A stretch of 47,763 nt of DNA from Thermodesulfobacteriota bacterium (lineage in GTDB: Bacteria > Desulfobacterota > Desulfobulbia > Desulfobulbales > DAOVYS01): assembly GCA_034659175.1 (NCBI GenBank), contig JAYEGR010000027.1:1-47763 (forward strand), in the 5' to 3' direction. Below the pieces are notes generated by a model. It saw only the letters and a program-made list of their open reading frames with translations, searched no databases and was not told the DNA's origin. This document shows, one piece after another, positions 9,030 through 19,053 of the stretch (positions are counted from its first letter, which is position 1; every line of letters starts with the position of its first letter). The position numbers were made by a program, and so were the translations under genes.

Positions 9030-10205
9030 ATGTTTGAAAATAATAAAAAGAAAACGGTTGTTCGGGCATATCTTCTGACCTGTGCATGTGTTGTCATAAT
9101 TTTGAGCCTTGGTTCGGGAGCAAACGTTTTTGCCGGGGGCTGTGACAACAGCGGAGTGGGGCTAAAGGGTTTTTCTGCGGGATCTGCTTATACCGGCATT
9201 GCTGATGATGCCTCCGCGGTCTATTATAATCCCGGGGGGCTGGCATTTCTTGACAGCAACATCTGGTATGGTGAAGTATATGGGTATGTTGTCGGTACAA
9301 AATATGAACATACCGACGTCTCTCATAAAAACCAGAGTGATGAGAAATTTTTCATTCCAGGTCTTTTTATTGCTAAGGGAAATTCAAAATACGCGCTTGG
9401 CTTTGGCTTTTATGTGCCTTATGGCGGAGCATTAACAGAATATTCAGATTTCAACAAAACATCTTTTGACCATGAATGTAAATCAGCGCTTTCCGCCTTC
9501 ACCCTCTCCGCGGCTTACAGAGTTCTGCCTGATCTGTCTATCGGCGCAGGGGTCTCTGTGTATAACGGAATATTTGAAAGTAAAAACTCGGGGGTGGAAA
9601 GCGAATATGACAACATGCCTGCCGGTTACGGATACAATATCGGCATAATGTACAGGCCCGCACGGAAATGGAGTATGGGATTCTCGTTAAGAAGCGAGGT
9701 TGATGTAAAAATGGACGGTAAAATACGTGCGGCCGGACAGGAATTCGATTCCAGGGTTGAATTTACCCTGCCCTGGTATTACGAGTTTGGAGTGGGTTAT
9801 AGACCTGATTCCAGACTCACCCTTGGTTTTTCGTGCCGCTATATGTTGTGGGGCGATATGGATTTGATGAATTTTACAACCGCAGGCACAAAAACTGATT
9901 TGCCGACAAATTATAAAAATAGCTGGCTTGTAGGCTTGGGAATAGCCTATGAAACAGGCGGTGAATCAACGCTGATAGCAGGGGTAAAATATGCTCAAGG
10001 GGCAACAAAGGATAAAGGATTAGATGCGGCCACCAACGATGTGGACCTGTTGATTCTGTCTGTCGGTATTCTCTATGACTTGAACAAAGCCCTGGAAATA
10101 GGAATCACGGGGTTTTATGTTATCGGTTTTGAAGAAGAATACAATTCGCAGAAGTTTGATCAAGACCATGTTGTGTTGATGTGCGGGAGCACATTCAAGT
10201 ATTAA
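9030..10205 (+). CDS. Outer-membrane beta-barrel protein, FadL/TodX (OMPP1)-like
   Basis: It has a signal peptide and the FadL-type N-terminal motif GSAYTGIADDASAVYYNPGGLAF. Alternating beta-strand pattern throughout, with a C-terminal aromatic end (TFKY). Confidence 0.7.
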   Translation: MFENNKKKTVVRAYLLTCACVVIILSLGSGANVFAGGCDNSGVGLKGFSAGSAYTGIADDASAVYYNPGGLAFLDSNIWYGEVYGYVVGTKYEHTDVSHKNQSDEKFFIPGLFIAKGNSKYALGFGFYVPYGGALTEYSDFNKTSFDHECKSALSAFTLSAAYRVLPDLSIGAGVSVYNGIFESKNSGVESEYDNMPAGYGYNIGIMYRPARKWSMGFSLRSEVDVKMDGKIRAAGQEFDSRVEFTLPWYYEFGVGYRPDSRLTLGFSCRYMLWGDMDLMNFTTAGTKTDLPTNYKNSWLVGLGIAYETGGESTLIAGVKYAQGATKDKGLDAATNDVDLLILSVGILYDLNKALEIGITGFYVIGFEEEYNSQKFDQDHVVLMCGSTFKY

Positions 10206-10233
10206 AAACCAATTCTTTTCTATAATAAGTTAT

Positions 10234-12624
10234 TTATTTCCACATCCCTAATACCTGCTGCAGCGCATCGTCCAATTGTCTCATGTCGTACGGTTTGGCC
10301 ACCACACCGCAAAAGCCGTATTTTTTATAATCCGCCATGACCGGGTCAGTAGAATAGCCGCTTGAGACAATGGCTTTGACACCGGGGTCGATCTCAAGGA
10401 TTTTCCTGATGGCCTTTTTGCCCCCCATCCCTCCGGGAACAGTCAGGTCCATGATTACGCAAATAAAAGGATGACCCGCATCTCTTGCCTGCCGGTACAG
10501 TTCTACCGCCTTGTCGCCGTCTTCGGCAAACTTCACCTCATAACCAAGATGTCTGAGCATCTCGCCGGACGCTTCCAGTACCATCTTGTCATCATCCATC
10601 AATAATATTTTCCCGTTCCCTTTAACGGCCCTGCCTCTTTCTTTTTCCTTGACCTCCGATTTTTTATATGAGGCCGGCAGATAAACACAAAAGACGGTGC
10701 CCACGCCCACCTCGGATTCCACCGTCATGTCGCCGTGATGCCTTCTGATAATGGAATGAGCAGTAGCCAGCCCGAGTCCGCTCCCCTTCTGCTTGCTCGT
10801 AAAATAGGGGTCAAATACCTTGGAGAGGTGTTCCTTTGCTATTCCGATCCCATGATCTTTGATTGATATTATTACGTATTTTCCATCTGTTAACGGCAGC
10901 CCGCTTTTTTTGTTGACCATGGCATTTTCACTATGCACTTCAATGATCCCCCCCTCCGGCATGGACTGGTCAGCGTTGATAAGCAAATTATTAATCACCT
11001 GATTTATCTGCCCCTCGTCTGCTTCAACCGGCCAAAGGTTATCCGGAATAGAAACTTCGCAACTGACATTTGAACCACTCAATGCAAAAGAGACTGATTC
11101 CTTTACCATTCCGGCAATAGAAACGGTCTTCTTGATCGGCTTGCCGCCTTTTGAAAACGTAAGTAATTGCAGGGTCAAATCAGTTGCGCGCGAGCACGCC
11201 TTTCCCGCCGCATCCAGCCTTTCAAATAGCCTGCCTTCCGGGTTTGCCTGTATCTTTGCCAGGGTGATATTCCCAAGGATCCCTGTTAGAATATTGTTGA
11301 AATCATGAGCAATGCCGCCTGCCAGGACACCCACGGATTCGAGCTTGTCCGCCCTTACCAGTTTTTGCCTCAGTCTTTGTTTTGCAGTGACATCCCGAAA
11401 GACCAGAATTATACCGATGGTCTTGCCTTTCTTGTCCAGGATTGGAGCGCCGCTATCTGCAATAATTCTCTCTGTCCCATCCCTTGCTATGAGGACCGTA
11501 TTATTGGCCAGACCGACAACCCTGCCCGTCTCCATCACCTTCCTGGCAGGATTCTCACAGAGCTGGCGGGTTTTTTCATTGATGATGTGAAAAATCTTGT
11601 CTAGAAATTTGCCGATACTCTCTTTTTGACTCCAGCCGGTCAATTTTTCGGCCACTTTGTTGATCAAGACCACGGAGCCTTCTGCATCAGTTGCAATCAC
11701 TCCATCGCCGATGGACCGCAGCGTAACAGCGAGACGTTCCTTCTCTGCAATAAGGGCATCCTCCATCTGTCTGCGCAGGGTCATGTCCTTGACTGTTCCA
11801 AAGGCTGACAATCTGCCCTGGTAGTTGAGGAAACCAACGGTCATATTGACAATCGTCCGTGTGACTCCGTCCTTTTGCAGCGCCCGGAATTCGTATTCCT
11901 TTGGCACATCTTTTCCTGCCATCATTCGAACATAGCGATCCGCAACCATCTCCAGGTCCTCGGGCGCAACAAAATCCTTGAATTCTTTTCCTGTGATTTC
12001 TTTCACTGTGCTGCCGCCCATTCTTGCAAACGCCTCGTTGGCAAACAGGATCTTTCCATCCTGTATAATGAAGACACCGTCCTGAATATTTTCAATCAGG
12101 GTGCGATATTTTTCTTCTGATCGTCTGAGGGCCTCATGCATTCGCCTTTGCTCGGTTAGATCGCTGCAAATATATACTATTTCGCTAATGCGTCGCTGGT
12201 CGTCAAAAACAGGCATGCTCGTCCATGCGATCCAGGCCATTTCACCATCCCGGTGCATGATTTCATTTTCCTGGTTAACATATCGCTCCGGATGTTTTGT
12301 GATATCAGTGATTATTGTTTCCAGGTTATTTCTCCAGGTATCCGTCTTGGGAAAGATGGTGCCAACGACATTCCTGCCGATTATTTCATTCCTCGTGTAG
12401 CCAAAAAACTCCTCGGCAAAATCATTTAGATCAGTAACGCGTCCCTTTGTGTCCATACGCAAGATAATGGTCTTTCGCTTACCGACAAGCTCCCTGTAGT
12501 CGGCTTCGGTCCCGGGTGCGCTTTTGCATGTTGCTTTAAATTCGTCAACCCCATCGCTGATTTCAATCTTTAACGCCTCTACATCATCTTTGAATTGCCT
12601 TTTTCTCTCGTGCCTGGGGCTCAT
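10234..12624 (-). CDS. PAS-domain hybrid sensor histidine kinase with C-terminal receiver
   Basis: Several PAS-like blocks are followed by the H-box GGIAHDFNNIL. An HATPase N/G-box is present (NLLINADQSMPEGG, GSGLGLA). The receiver domain shows ILLMDDD...DLTVPGGMGG...SGY. Confidence 0.9.
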   Translation of the reverse strand: MSPRHERKRQFKDDVEALKIEISDGVDEFKATCKSAPGTEADYRELVGKRKTIILRMDTKGRVTDLNDFAEEFFGYTRNEIIGRNVVGTIFPKTDTWRNNLETIITDITKHPERYVNQENEIMHRDGEMAWIAWTSMPVFDDQRRISEIVYICSDLTEQRRMHEALRRSEEKYRTLIENIQDGVFIIQDGKILFANEAFARMGGSTVKEITGKEFKDFVAPEDLEMVADRYVRMMAGKDVPKEYEFRALQKDGVTRTIVNMTVGFLNYQGRLSAFGTVKDMTLRRQMEDALIAEKERLAVTLRSIGDGVIATDAEGSVVLINKVAEKLTGWSQKESIGKFLDKIFHIINEKTRQLCENPARKVMETGRVVGLANNTVLIARDGTERIIADSGAPILDKKGKTIGIILVFRDVTAKQRLRQKLVRADKLESVGVLAGGIAHDFNNILTGILGNITLAKIQANPEGRLFERLDAAGKACSRATDLTLQLLTFSKGGKPIKKTVSIAGMVKESVSFALSGSNVSCEVSIPDNLWPVEADEGQINQVINNLLINADQSMPEGGIIEVHSENAMVNKKSGLPLTDGKYVIISIKDHGIGIAKEHLSKVFDPYFTSKQKGSGLGLATAHSIIRRHHGDMTVESEVGVGTVFCVYLPASYKKSEVKEKERGRAVKGNGKILLMDDDKMVLEASGEMLRHLGYEVKFAEDGDKAVELYRQARDAGHPFICVIMDLTVPGGMGGKKAIRKILEIDPGVKAIVSSGYSTDPVMADYKKYGFCGVVAKPYDMRQLDDALQQVLGMWK

Positions 12625-12694
12625 CTAGGGTCTCCCGGTTCCTAAACATCGGCTTTTTAAAAAATATTATGAAATAAATACGCTTGATCAGAAT

Positions 12695-12871
12695 GTAATT
12701 ATTCGGCTTGTGTGGAAATATTACAAAAAACCTCAGTCTGTAAATGTTTGACAGTGCACCCCAAGGGCACTTCCTGCGGGGCGCTCCAGGTGTTCGCGAT
12801 CAGGCCTTTCAGCGATACATAAGTATGCTGGAAGGCTGATCGTGGACAGACGGAGTGCTGCTGAATATTTC
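12695..12871 (+). repeat. Family-1 modular intergenic repeat, copy B (long form, inverted relative to copy A)
   Basis: It has the same termini, internal long stem and core (GCACCCCAAGGGCACTTCC) as the reverse complement of 4559-4733. It sits in the divergent region between the kinase gene and the DUF401-like gene. Confidence 0.85.
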
Positions 12872-13201
12872 ATCAGAATAACATTTTCTTTGAAGATTTC
12901 AAGTAAATAGCGCTGATCTTATGCACAGTTCTTCTCGATGACCGATGCAACATATTGTATGTCAACCGCACCATACACACATTATGTTGCATCTTTACCC
13001 TTTACAAAAATGACTTGCTTTGCTATTTTTAATAAAATGTCATTAACTTAAGCCTTTTCTTCTGTTGCAGGAGTTCTGGTTCGTCATTCCGGATCACTAC
13101 ATCAACGGCCTTAAATTACGACATATTCTGTGTTTTCCGCAACGTAAACTTTATGCGATTGCCCCACCCCTAACCCATTCTAAAACCAAAAAAACCGTAT
13201 C

Positions 13202-14485
13202 ATGCTCTTTGCCGTTCCTGCGCTTGTCAAAATATCAGTGATTTTTGCCCTTGTCCTTGTTCTCAGCAGGTTCAAGGCGCCGCTTTATGCCTGTCTCTTT
13301 TCCGCCGCAGTTGCAACAGGACTCTGGACGGGCCATGCCCCTGTTGAAGTGGCCCGTCTTGTTCTAGTTCAATCACTGGCAAGTGAGAGCCTGTGGCTGA
13401 CCCTGATCATAGTGGAGATCATTGTCTTGAGCCATCTGCTTAAGGAAGGACGCCAGATGGAGCGGATTGTTGACACTTTTAAGGCAGTCTCTCCTGGGAA
13501 TCGCTTCACACTGGCGTCCCTGCCCGCGATTATCGGTCTTCTCCCCATGCCGGGAGGCGCGCTTTTTTCAGCGCCCATGGTGGAATCGAGCGCTGCCAAG
13601 AGCGGGCTTTCTCTGGAACTTAAAGCCGCAATAAACTACTGGTTCAGGCACCTATGGGAATACTGGTGGCCCCTGTACCCTGGTTTACTCCTGGCGATCA
13701 GCCTGTTGGGCGTGGAACCATGGAAGGTTATTCTGTTTCAGTTTCCTTTGTCTATCGGAGTGCTGATCAGCGGTATCATATTCCTGCTTTCCCGCTGTCC
13801 AAAAATAGAATCACACACAAGACCCGCCTGGAAGGACCTGAAAAGGTTTTTTTACGAGCTCACCCCTTTTTCGGTGGTTATTGTCACCATGTTCGGCCTG
13901 AACTACGCAGTGGAACTCATCCAGCCCCCATTTGCCTGGCCGAAGCAGCTCAATTTTCTGACAGGCCTCGTCCTGGCCCAGTACTGGGTCATAAAGACAA
14001 ACAAGCTTCCGATACGGTTTATAAAAAACGCCCTCTTCTGTCGTTCCACCGTGAATATGGCTATGATCATACTCGGCATCATGGCCTTCAAGGGGGTATT
14101 GATTGAGAGCGAAATCATAGGGGCAATCCAGCAGGATCTGATCCGTTATCATATACCTGCAACCCTTGTGGTCGCCCTCCTCCCTTTTATTTCCGGGCTG
14201 GTCACAGGTATCGCCGTGGGATTTGTCGGCAGTTCATACCCCCTGATTATCGCGATCCTTTCCGGCCAGGTCCACGGCAGCGAGATACTCGCCTATTCCG
14301 TGCTTGCCTACGGATTCGGCTACATGGGAATGATGATGAGCCCTGTCCACCTCTGCCTCCTTGTCAGCAAAGACTACTTCCATTCCGACCTGGCTGGAAT
14401 CTATAAACTGCTCCTTATGCCTATGTTATTTGTTCTCGCATGGACAGTGATTATGTTTGGCGCAGCAAAGATGATTGTGGGATAA
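13202..14485 (+). CDS. Polytopic inner-membrane protein, DUF401-like (function unknown)
   Basis: The 427-aa ORF is almost entirely hydrophobic helices. The family call rests on my recollection of the DUF401/TIGR00529 N-terminus and length, so the function is unassigned. Confidence 0.6.
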   Translation: MLFAVPALVKISVIFALVLVLSRFKAPLYACLFSAAVATGLWTGHAPVEVARLVLVQSLASESLWLTLIIVEIIVLSHLLKEGRQMERIVDTFKAVSPGNRFTLASLPAIIGLLPMPGGALFSAPMVESSAAKSGLSLELKAAINYWFRHLWEYWWPLYPGLLLAISLLGVEPWKVILFQFPLSIGVLISGIIFLLSRCPKIESHTRPAWKDLKRFFYELTPFSVVIVTMFGLNYAVELIQPPFAWPKQLNFLTGLVLAQYWVIKTNKLPIRFIKNALFCRSTVNMAMIILGIMAFKGVLIESEIIGAIQQDLIRYHIPATLVVALLPFISGLVTGIAVGFVGSSYPLIIAILSGQVHGSEILAYSVLAYGFGYMGMMMSPVHLCLLVSKDYFHSDLAGIYKLLLMPMLFVLAWTVIMFGAAKMIVG

Positions 14486-14528
14486 GAGATGTTATCTTAT
14501 CTCCTGCGAGGTAATCGTTCACAGGCGC

Positions 14529-15332
14529 CTAATCTCGTGTTCGATCAATTCTGAACGAAGCAACGAATGGAAGATGGTCCGAGACGGTCTCTCGAAACCG
14601 CTCCCGACCGATGTCCATACTCCAGTGCATTGGAAATATACGAAGGCTCCCGCGAATGTACTCGGTACTGTATGTCCGACTTATCGCAAAACCATCCAAT
14701 AGGTTTGCTCTACCAGCCTTCAAGATGTGTGAAAAACGTGCTTGAAGATCCCATGATGACAGAAAATTCATCAGGTCGTCGCCACCGAGATGGTGGAAAT
14801 TACTGACATCTTGACCAGGAATCATGTTGAAATCGCCGACTAATAAAATGTCTTCCCGGCTCTTTTCCCGAAGTTCCTTGATGAATTGCCCGATGACCTT
14901 TGCCTGATCGTCGCGAATCTTCTGTTCTTTGGCGCCCCGCCCCGACTTAAGGTGCACAACGATGAGCAGAAAGTCGAAATTGCCGATCTTCATGTCAACG
15001 ACGAAGGCTTTTCGTCTCCTGGTGTCACCGAGGTCGGAGCCATCTATGAATCGCGGATTTGTAGACGTAACCCCGGTTTTATGTAGCACGCCAATGTTTA
15101 AGTCATTTTCCTGTTTAAGAATGGTGTACTCGTAACTTACGCCTTTGTTTTGAAGTCCTTGTTTCAAAGTTTCAATCGCTGAAAGTGGGTTGATTTCGAC
15201 AAGCGCGACGATTTCTGCATCAAGCAGTGCAAGCCCGTCGACTTGTCGCTCCAGTCTATCAGCCGAAATCGGATCAAACCCGGAAAGGTTCCATGCAGCT
15301 ACGTTTGCGGTTGTGCGACCGAAATCAGTCAT
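14529..15332 (-). CDS. Endonuclease/exonuclease/phosphatase (EEP) family protein
   Basis: EEP motifs are NLSGF (N-terminal), VGDFN and SDHLPFVASF. I moved the start to the ATG at 15332 (MTDFG) because GGGAGGA lies 6 nt upstream; the track TTG at 15347 lies inside that SD. Confidence 0.8.
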   Translation of the reverse strand: MTDFGRTTANVAAWNLSGFDPISADRLERQVDGLALLDAEIVALVEINPLSAIETLKQGLQNKGVSYEYTILKQENDLNIGVLHKTGVTSTNPRFIDGSDLGDTRRRKAFVVDMKIGNFDFLLIVVHLKSGRGAKEQKIRDDQAKVIGQFIKELREKSREDILLVGDFNMIPGQDVSNFHHLGGDDLMNFLSSWDLQARFSHILKAGRANLLDGFAISRTYSTEYIRGSLRIFPMHWSMDIGRERFRETVSDHLPFVASFRIDRTRD

Positions 15333-15456
15333 TGTGTTTCCTCCCAAAGCTTTTGGCTCAAGCCAACCACCAATTTTACAATTGCAACATCCCCAATGTT
15401 GTTAATTTGCCAAGACATTAAATTTTTTCACAATATACCACTAAGATTTTTATGTG

Positions 15457-18279
15457 CAGACCATTCCGCACCGTTTTCAGGACAAATCCTAAAACACGTT
15501 TTTAGTACACCTCGTTCAGGTGTTCTCGGCATACTGATTTTCGAATTTTACCTTCAGTCCAAGACCTCCCCACCAGGCAACCCTGTTGAGTCCACGTTCA
15601 GAACGACTCTGCAGAAGACGACCAATCGCGGACTGGAGTTCTCCCTGTCCCGTGTCCAGATAGGTGAGTTCCAGATGGTCGCCACGTTGACGAACGTTAC
15701 AGTTGTGCCTTCCGAATAGCAAGTATCGAAAGGTCGATAATGTCCTCTTGTACCCTGCCGAATCTCTGACAAACCTTTCATCCAGGGACTGTAGAAAATT
15801 CTCATAGGCGAGTCTGGCCACCTGTACACAGTAGAAGTTGGTCTCTATCTTCTCTGGATCTTTACCCAGGATTTGATCTATGAAGTAGCTGTGGATCAAA
15901 TCCTTTAATCCGTTTTCGATGGGCCAGCGTAGCCTGTATCTATCCAAGACCTCTTGATTCGTGAGATCTTGAAAAGTAGTTCCGAAACAACGCACATCAC
16001 CTGTTTTCTTGTTCCTTTTGACCACCAAGTGGAGCACCTTGGCGAGATTGCTCAGGTCAAACCGTTTTCCCGCGATCTCGTATTCCTTCCCAAAAGCTTC
16101 CCATTGGGCTTCGGAGACCACTTCATATATCAGCTGATCAACTCGCTTGTTTCGTTTCAGGCACATGATCACATCGACTTGGGAGAACTCATCGACGACA
16201 AAATAGTCGATTACCGGAAAGCTCGCGTATTCGCTGTCCATGTAGATCTCACGCATCGCATCGCGCCCCAGGATCGGATAGAGGTTCTTTTCGCAGAACT
16301 CGCGGACAATCCTCGTTGCTCTGCTCGAACCGTTGCAGAATGCTATGTTGATTAAAACGTCCGTGTCGAGGTCCCAGATAACATGGGGCCGAAAGCCGGG
16401 ACAAATATCGCCGGCAAAGTTGGGTCCTTTGCCAATTTCCTCTGTGTCGGGCTGAAGGCCGTAGAACTCTTTGAAGTGAAAATCCTGTGCGATCTTATCG
16501 CCCCGGATCAAACCCAGATCCCGCGCCCTGGCGGCCACGTCATTTCGAAGAGCCTGGAGGTGCTTGAACTTCAGATCAGCAAACCCATCGTACAGGGCCG
16601 TCTTCCCCGGAAAGACACCCACGCCGGCCGCGACCGCCACAGAGCGATCACTGTTTCCATCGGGGTGTCCCACCGTCTCGTATCCAGCCAGGATTCGGCA
16701 GACGTTCAAGAGGACAAGATTGGTGATCTCACTGCCCTCGCCCCTTTTAGGACCGTAGGTATGGAGAGCCTCGCAGACCCCCAGATCATCAATAAACTGC
16801 GCAAGCACAATCGGACCAGGATCGCAGACCGCAAATGCCCGGCTCTTCATACGCTCCAAAAAATGTGCGAAGTGCGCGTTCAACTTTTTTGGAACCAGAA
16901 ACCGGCCTGCCTCGGCCGCCTCTTTTGCTGTCTTGAGAAGAGATCCCGGCTTCTCCGACACCTCTTCTCCCCAAAGACCACGCAATCGTACCGGCCTGCG
17001 TTTCTTCTCCAAGAGTTCCCAGTACCGCAGGACTTCGTAAAGCGCCGAGCGGGAACAGCGCAAGTCCATCCGCGCCATCAGCTCATCCAAGCTGAAACGC
17101 GGATGTTCCACCTTCTCCTCAATGATGCGCAGCTCCAATTCATCGGAGATTTTCCCCCGACCCCGACCCGGCTGTATCCAATCCACCAACCCCCACGCGC
17201 CGTAGTGCCGAAAGCGATGCAGGTACTTGTAAAAGGTTGGTCGCGACATACCATAGCGGCGTATTGTATCCCCTGACTTGCGCTTCTGCTTCAAGCCCAG
17301 TTCCCGAAATAACTCGAAGCGTAATTGCAGCGCCTCCTCAGGCCTGTAGAACGTACCCCTGCGGTCTGTCTTGCTTCGGGTCGGCCCTATTTGCGACGCT
17401 AACCGCCGAATCGCCCGCACGCTCTGCTGGATTCCATGCCAGTAGCGCCGGTCATTCTCATCGCGGTTATTCCCGATTCCATGGCAATGCAAAGCATGGC
17501 TGATCGTACGTAGCGTGGGGCTTGGTGTTAGACCAAGCGACTCGGCGAAGCGCAATATCATCGTTTCCGTGGCCTTGGGCCTGGACATCTTCACCATCAA
17601 AGCGAGACGTTCAAGCTTGTGGTTCTGCTTCTTTGCGCCCAACTCAGGGTAGAGAGCAGCGTTCCCGTGTTTGATGAATGCGGTCTCTATGCGGTAGAAG
17701 TCAGTTCTGAAACAACAAGCATCTTTGCAGGCTGCGGTGATGGAATTCCGTTCCATCCAAACACTACGAAGCATCTCGTAGTTGTGCACAACCGGATCGT
17801 CGATAAAAAAAGGCACATCAGGATTGGGCGCCTTCAGTAGCGCATGGGCGACCATTGAAGGAAGCTCGGCCAGATAGCTCATTTGTTTCCGGGTGAAGAT
17901 CATGGTCCATGATTGTAAATGCCTAATCTGGATAAGTCAAGCTTTTTTGTATACCCCCATACCGAACATGGAGAATCAGCCTCAATTTGAGATAACCCGT
18001 TGAGACAATAAACATAATGAACAATGGCCATGATCAGACAAGGCTGGAGTACAAAGTGGCCGCAGATAGGATTTCCATCACAGGGATAAAATTTCCTTAT
18101 CTATAGAGGGATTGGGGCTCAATCCGCCCGTTTTGCGACTATTCGATTAGGGGATTTACATTTTGTTCGGAATGGCTATTTACAGCACAGTAAAATATCC
18201 TGATTTTTCAACTGGTTGCACCGAAAACGCATTCAAAGCCACGACGAAAACTGTACCTAAGACGGTGCGGAATGGTCTG
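15457..18279 (-). mobile_element. Insertion sequence (~2.8 kb) with terminal inverted repeats
   Basis: CAGACCATTCCGCACCGT at 15457-15474 is the exact reverse complement of 18262-18279 (18/18). Weaker similarity continues ~12 nt inward. A single long transposase ORF lies inside. No convincing target-site duplication was seen. Confidence 0.8.
15516..17903 (-). CDS. DDE transposase (IS4-like superfamily), 795 aa with a long HTH-rich N-terminal region
   Basis: The C-terminal signature YRLRWPIENGLKD is Y-x2-R-x3-E-x3-K. Candidate DDE blocks are FIDDLG and IYMDSEYAS. The N-terminal half has HTH-like segments (RRYGMSRPTFYKYLHRF). Confidence 0.85.
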   Translation of the reverse strand: MIFTRKQMSYLAELPSMVAHALLKAPNPDVPFFIDDPVVHNYEMLRSVWMERNSITAACKDACCFRTDFYRIETAFIKHGNAALYPELGAKKQNHKLERLALMVKMSRPKATETMILRFAESLGLTPSPTLRTISHALHCHGIGNNRDENDRRYWHGIQQSVRAIRRLASQIGPTRSKTDRRGTFYRPEEALQLRFELFRELGLKQKRKSGDTIRRYGMSRPTFYKYLHRFRHYGAWGLVDWIQPGRGRGKISDELELRIIEEKVEHPRFSLDELMARMDLRCSRSALYEVLRYWELLEKKRRPVRLRGLWGEEVSEKPGSLLKTAKEAAEAGRFLVPKKLNAHFAHFLERMKSRAFAVCDPGPIVLAQFIDDLGVCEALHTYGPKRGEGSEITNLVLLNVCRILAGYETVGHPDGNSDRSVAVAAGVGVFPGKTALYDGFADLKFKHLQALRNDVAARARDLGLIRGDKIAQDFHFKEFYGLQPDTEEIGKGPNFAGDICPGFRPHVIWDLDTDVLINIAFCNGSSRATRIVREFCEKNLYPILGRDAMREIYMDSEYASFPVIDYFVVDEFSQVDVIMCLKRNKRVDQLIYEVVSEAQWEAFGKEYEIAGKRFDLSNLAKVLHLVVKRNKKTGDVRCFGTTFQDLTNQEVLDRYRLRWPIENGLKDLIHSYFIDQILGKDPEKIETNFYCVQVARLAYENFLQSLDERFVRDSAGYKRTLSTFRYLLFGRHNCNVRQRGDHLELTYLDTGQGELQSAIGRLLQSRSERGLNRVAWWGGLGLKVKFENQYAENT

Positions 18280-18531
18280 TCCTTATATAGACACCACAGG
18301 AGGATAGACCGGGCTTGTTCAACAACCGGATAAGATCGTGGCTCGCTTTGCTCACACGATCTATCCTTATTCGTTCGGCGTTTTTTACCGATTATGAACT
18401 TAACATTCCTTAAAAGTCCCATTTTTGGTGTAGAAATGGGCTTTCAAGATCGTTTTCACACATTTTTCAACGTGTTTTTACTATGATTTCAAATGTTTGG
18501 CTTGGTTTGACACCAGTTTGGTCGGTTTATT

Positions 18532-18750
18532 CTATGCCACCCGGTAAATAACAGGTCGATATTCCGGCGAAGGAATCGGTTTACCGTTTGCCTTTGCTGC
18601 TTCTAGCCAGCTTTTCTTGGCGGCCAATACTTCTTCCAGCGCTTGATCCGGTTTTTCAGCAAAGGCAGAGCATGCTTTTAAGTCTGGAATATCCGCGATA
18701 TATCCCTCATCTTCTTCACTGTAAAAAATATTGATATGATAATCTTTCAT
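18532..18750 (-). CDS. hicB: HicB-family antitoxin
   Basis: The 72-aa ORF MKDYHINIFYSEEDEGYIADIPDLKACSAFAEKPDQALEEV is a typical HicB/UPF0150 N-terminal fold. It lies immediately downstream of hicA. Confidence 0.8.
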   Translation of the reverse strand: MKDYHINIFYSEEDEGYIADIPDLKACSAFAEKPDQALEEVLAAKKSWLEAAKANGKPIPSPEYRPVIYRVA

Positions 18751-18788
18751 TATTCTTCCTCCATTTGGAGATTGTGGCTTTCTATCAA

Positions 18789-19001
18789 TTACAGAAATTG
18801 TTTGATTTGATATGGTTTTGCCTTTCCTTTGACATTTTGCAAGTTCAACAAGTCAGGAATGTCTTTGTGCGTAAGGATATGATGGCTTCCGTTTACCCTG
18901 TCCAACTGAAAACCGAATACCTCAGCACATGCCATCGCTTCCGAAAAACGAATATTTTTTGTTCCTGATAGTAATTTTTGAAGAAGCTTTCTCTTTTTCA
19001 T
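18789..19001 (-). CDS. hicA: HicA-family mRNA interferase toxin
   Basis: The 70-aa ORF has the YcfA/HicA pattern (KLLQKLLSG...GFQLDRVNGSHHILTH...KPYQIKQ). Confidence 0.8.
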   Translation of the reverse strand: MKKRKLLQKLLSGTKNIRFSEAMACAEVFGFQLDRVNGSHHILTHKDIPDLLNLQNVKGKAKPYQIKQFL

Positions 19002-19031
19002 TTAATTCTCAGGTTTTAACACTGATCTAAC

Positions 19032-19053
19032 GGGAGCATTCGCATTTTCTGAC
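19032..19053 (+). repeat. Solo terminal repeat of the family-2 element (identical to the left TIR of the MITE at 24812)
   Basis: GGGAGCATTCGCATTTTCTGAC matches 24812-24833 at 22/22. A start-less reverse-strand reading frame (about 19057-19209, ending ...YAKFYPEKG-stop) terminates 3 nt inside this repeat. Confidence 0.55.

Noticed and set aside
13654-14106. A 150-aa plus-strand ORF in an alternative frame of the DUF401-like gene
   Set aside because: It overlaps a long uninterrupted hydrophobic ORF in another frame. Its Gly/Pro/Arg-rich composition is typical of an off-frame artefact.
16383-17276. A 297-aa ORF on the plus strand
   Set aside because: It lies entirely antisense to the 795-aa transposase ORF, which has clear DDE/YREK motifs. 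Its composition (Pro/Arg/Gly-rich, no motifs) is typical of a shadow frame in GC-rich coding DNA.
15449-18287. A target-site duplication for the IS
   Set aside because: The flanks TTTATGTG and TCCTTATA share only TTAT. That is not convincing, so no duplication is claimed.
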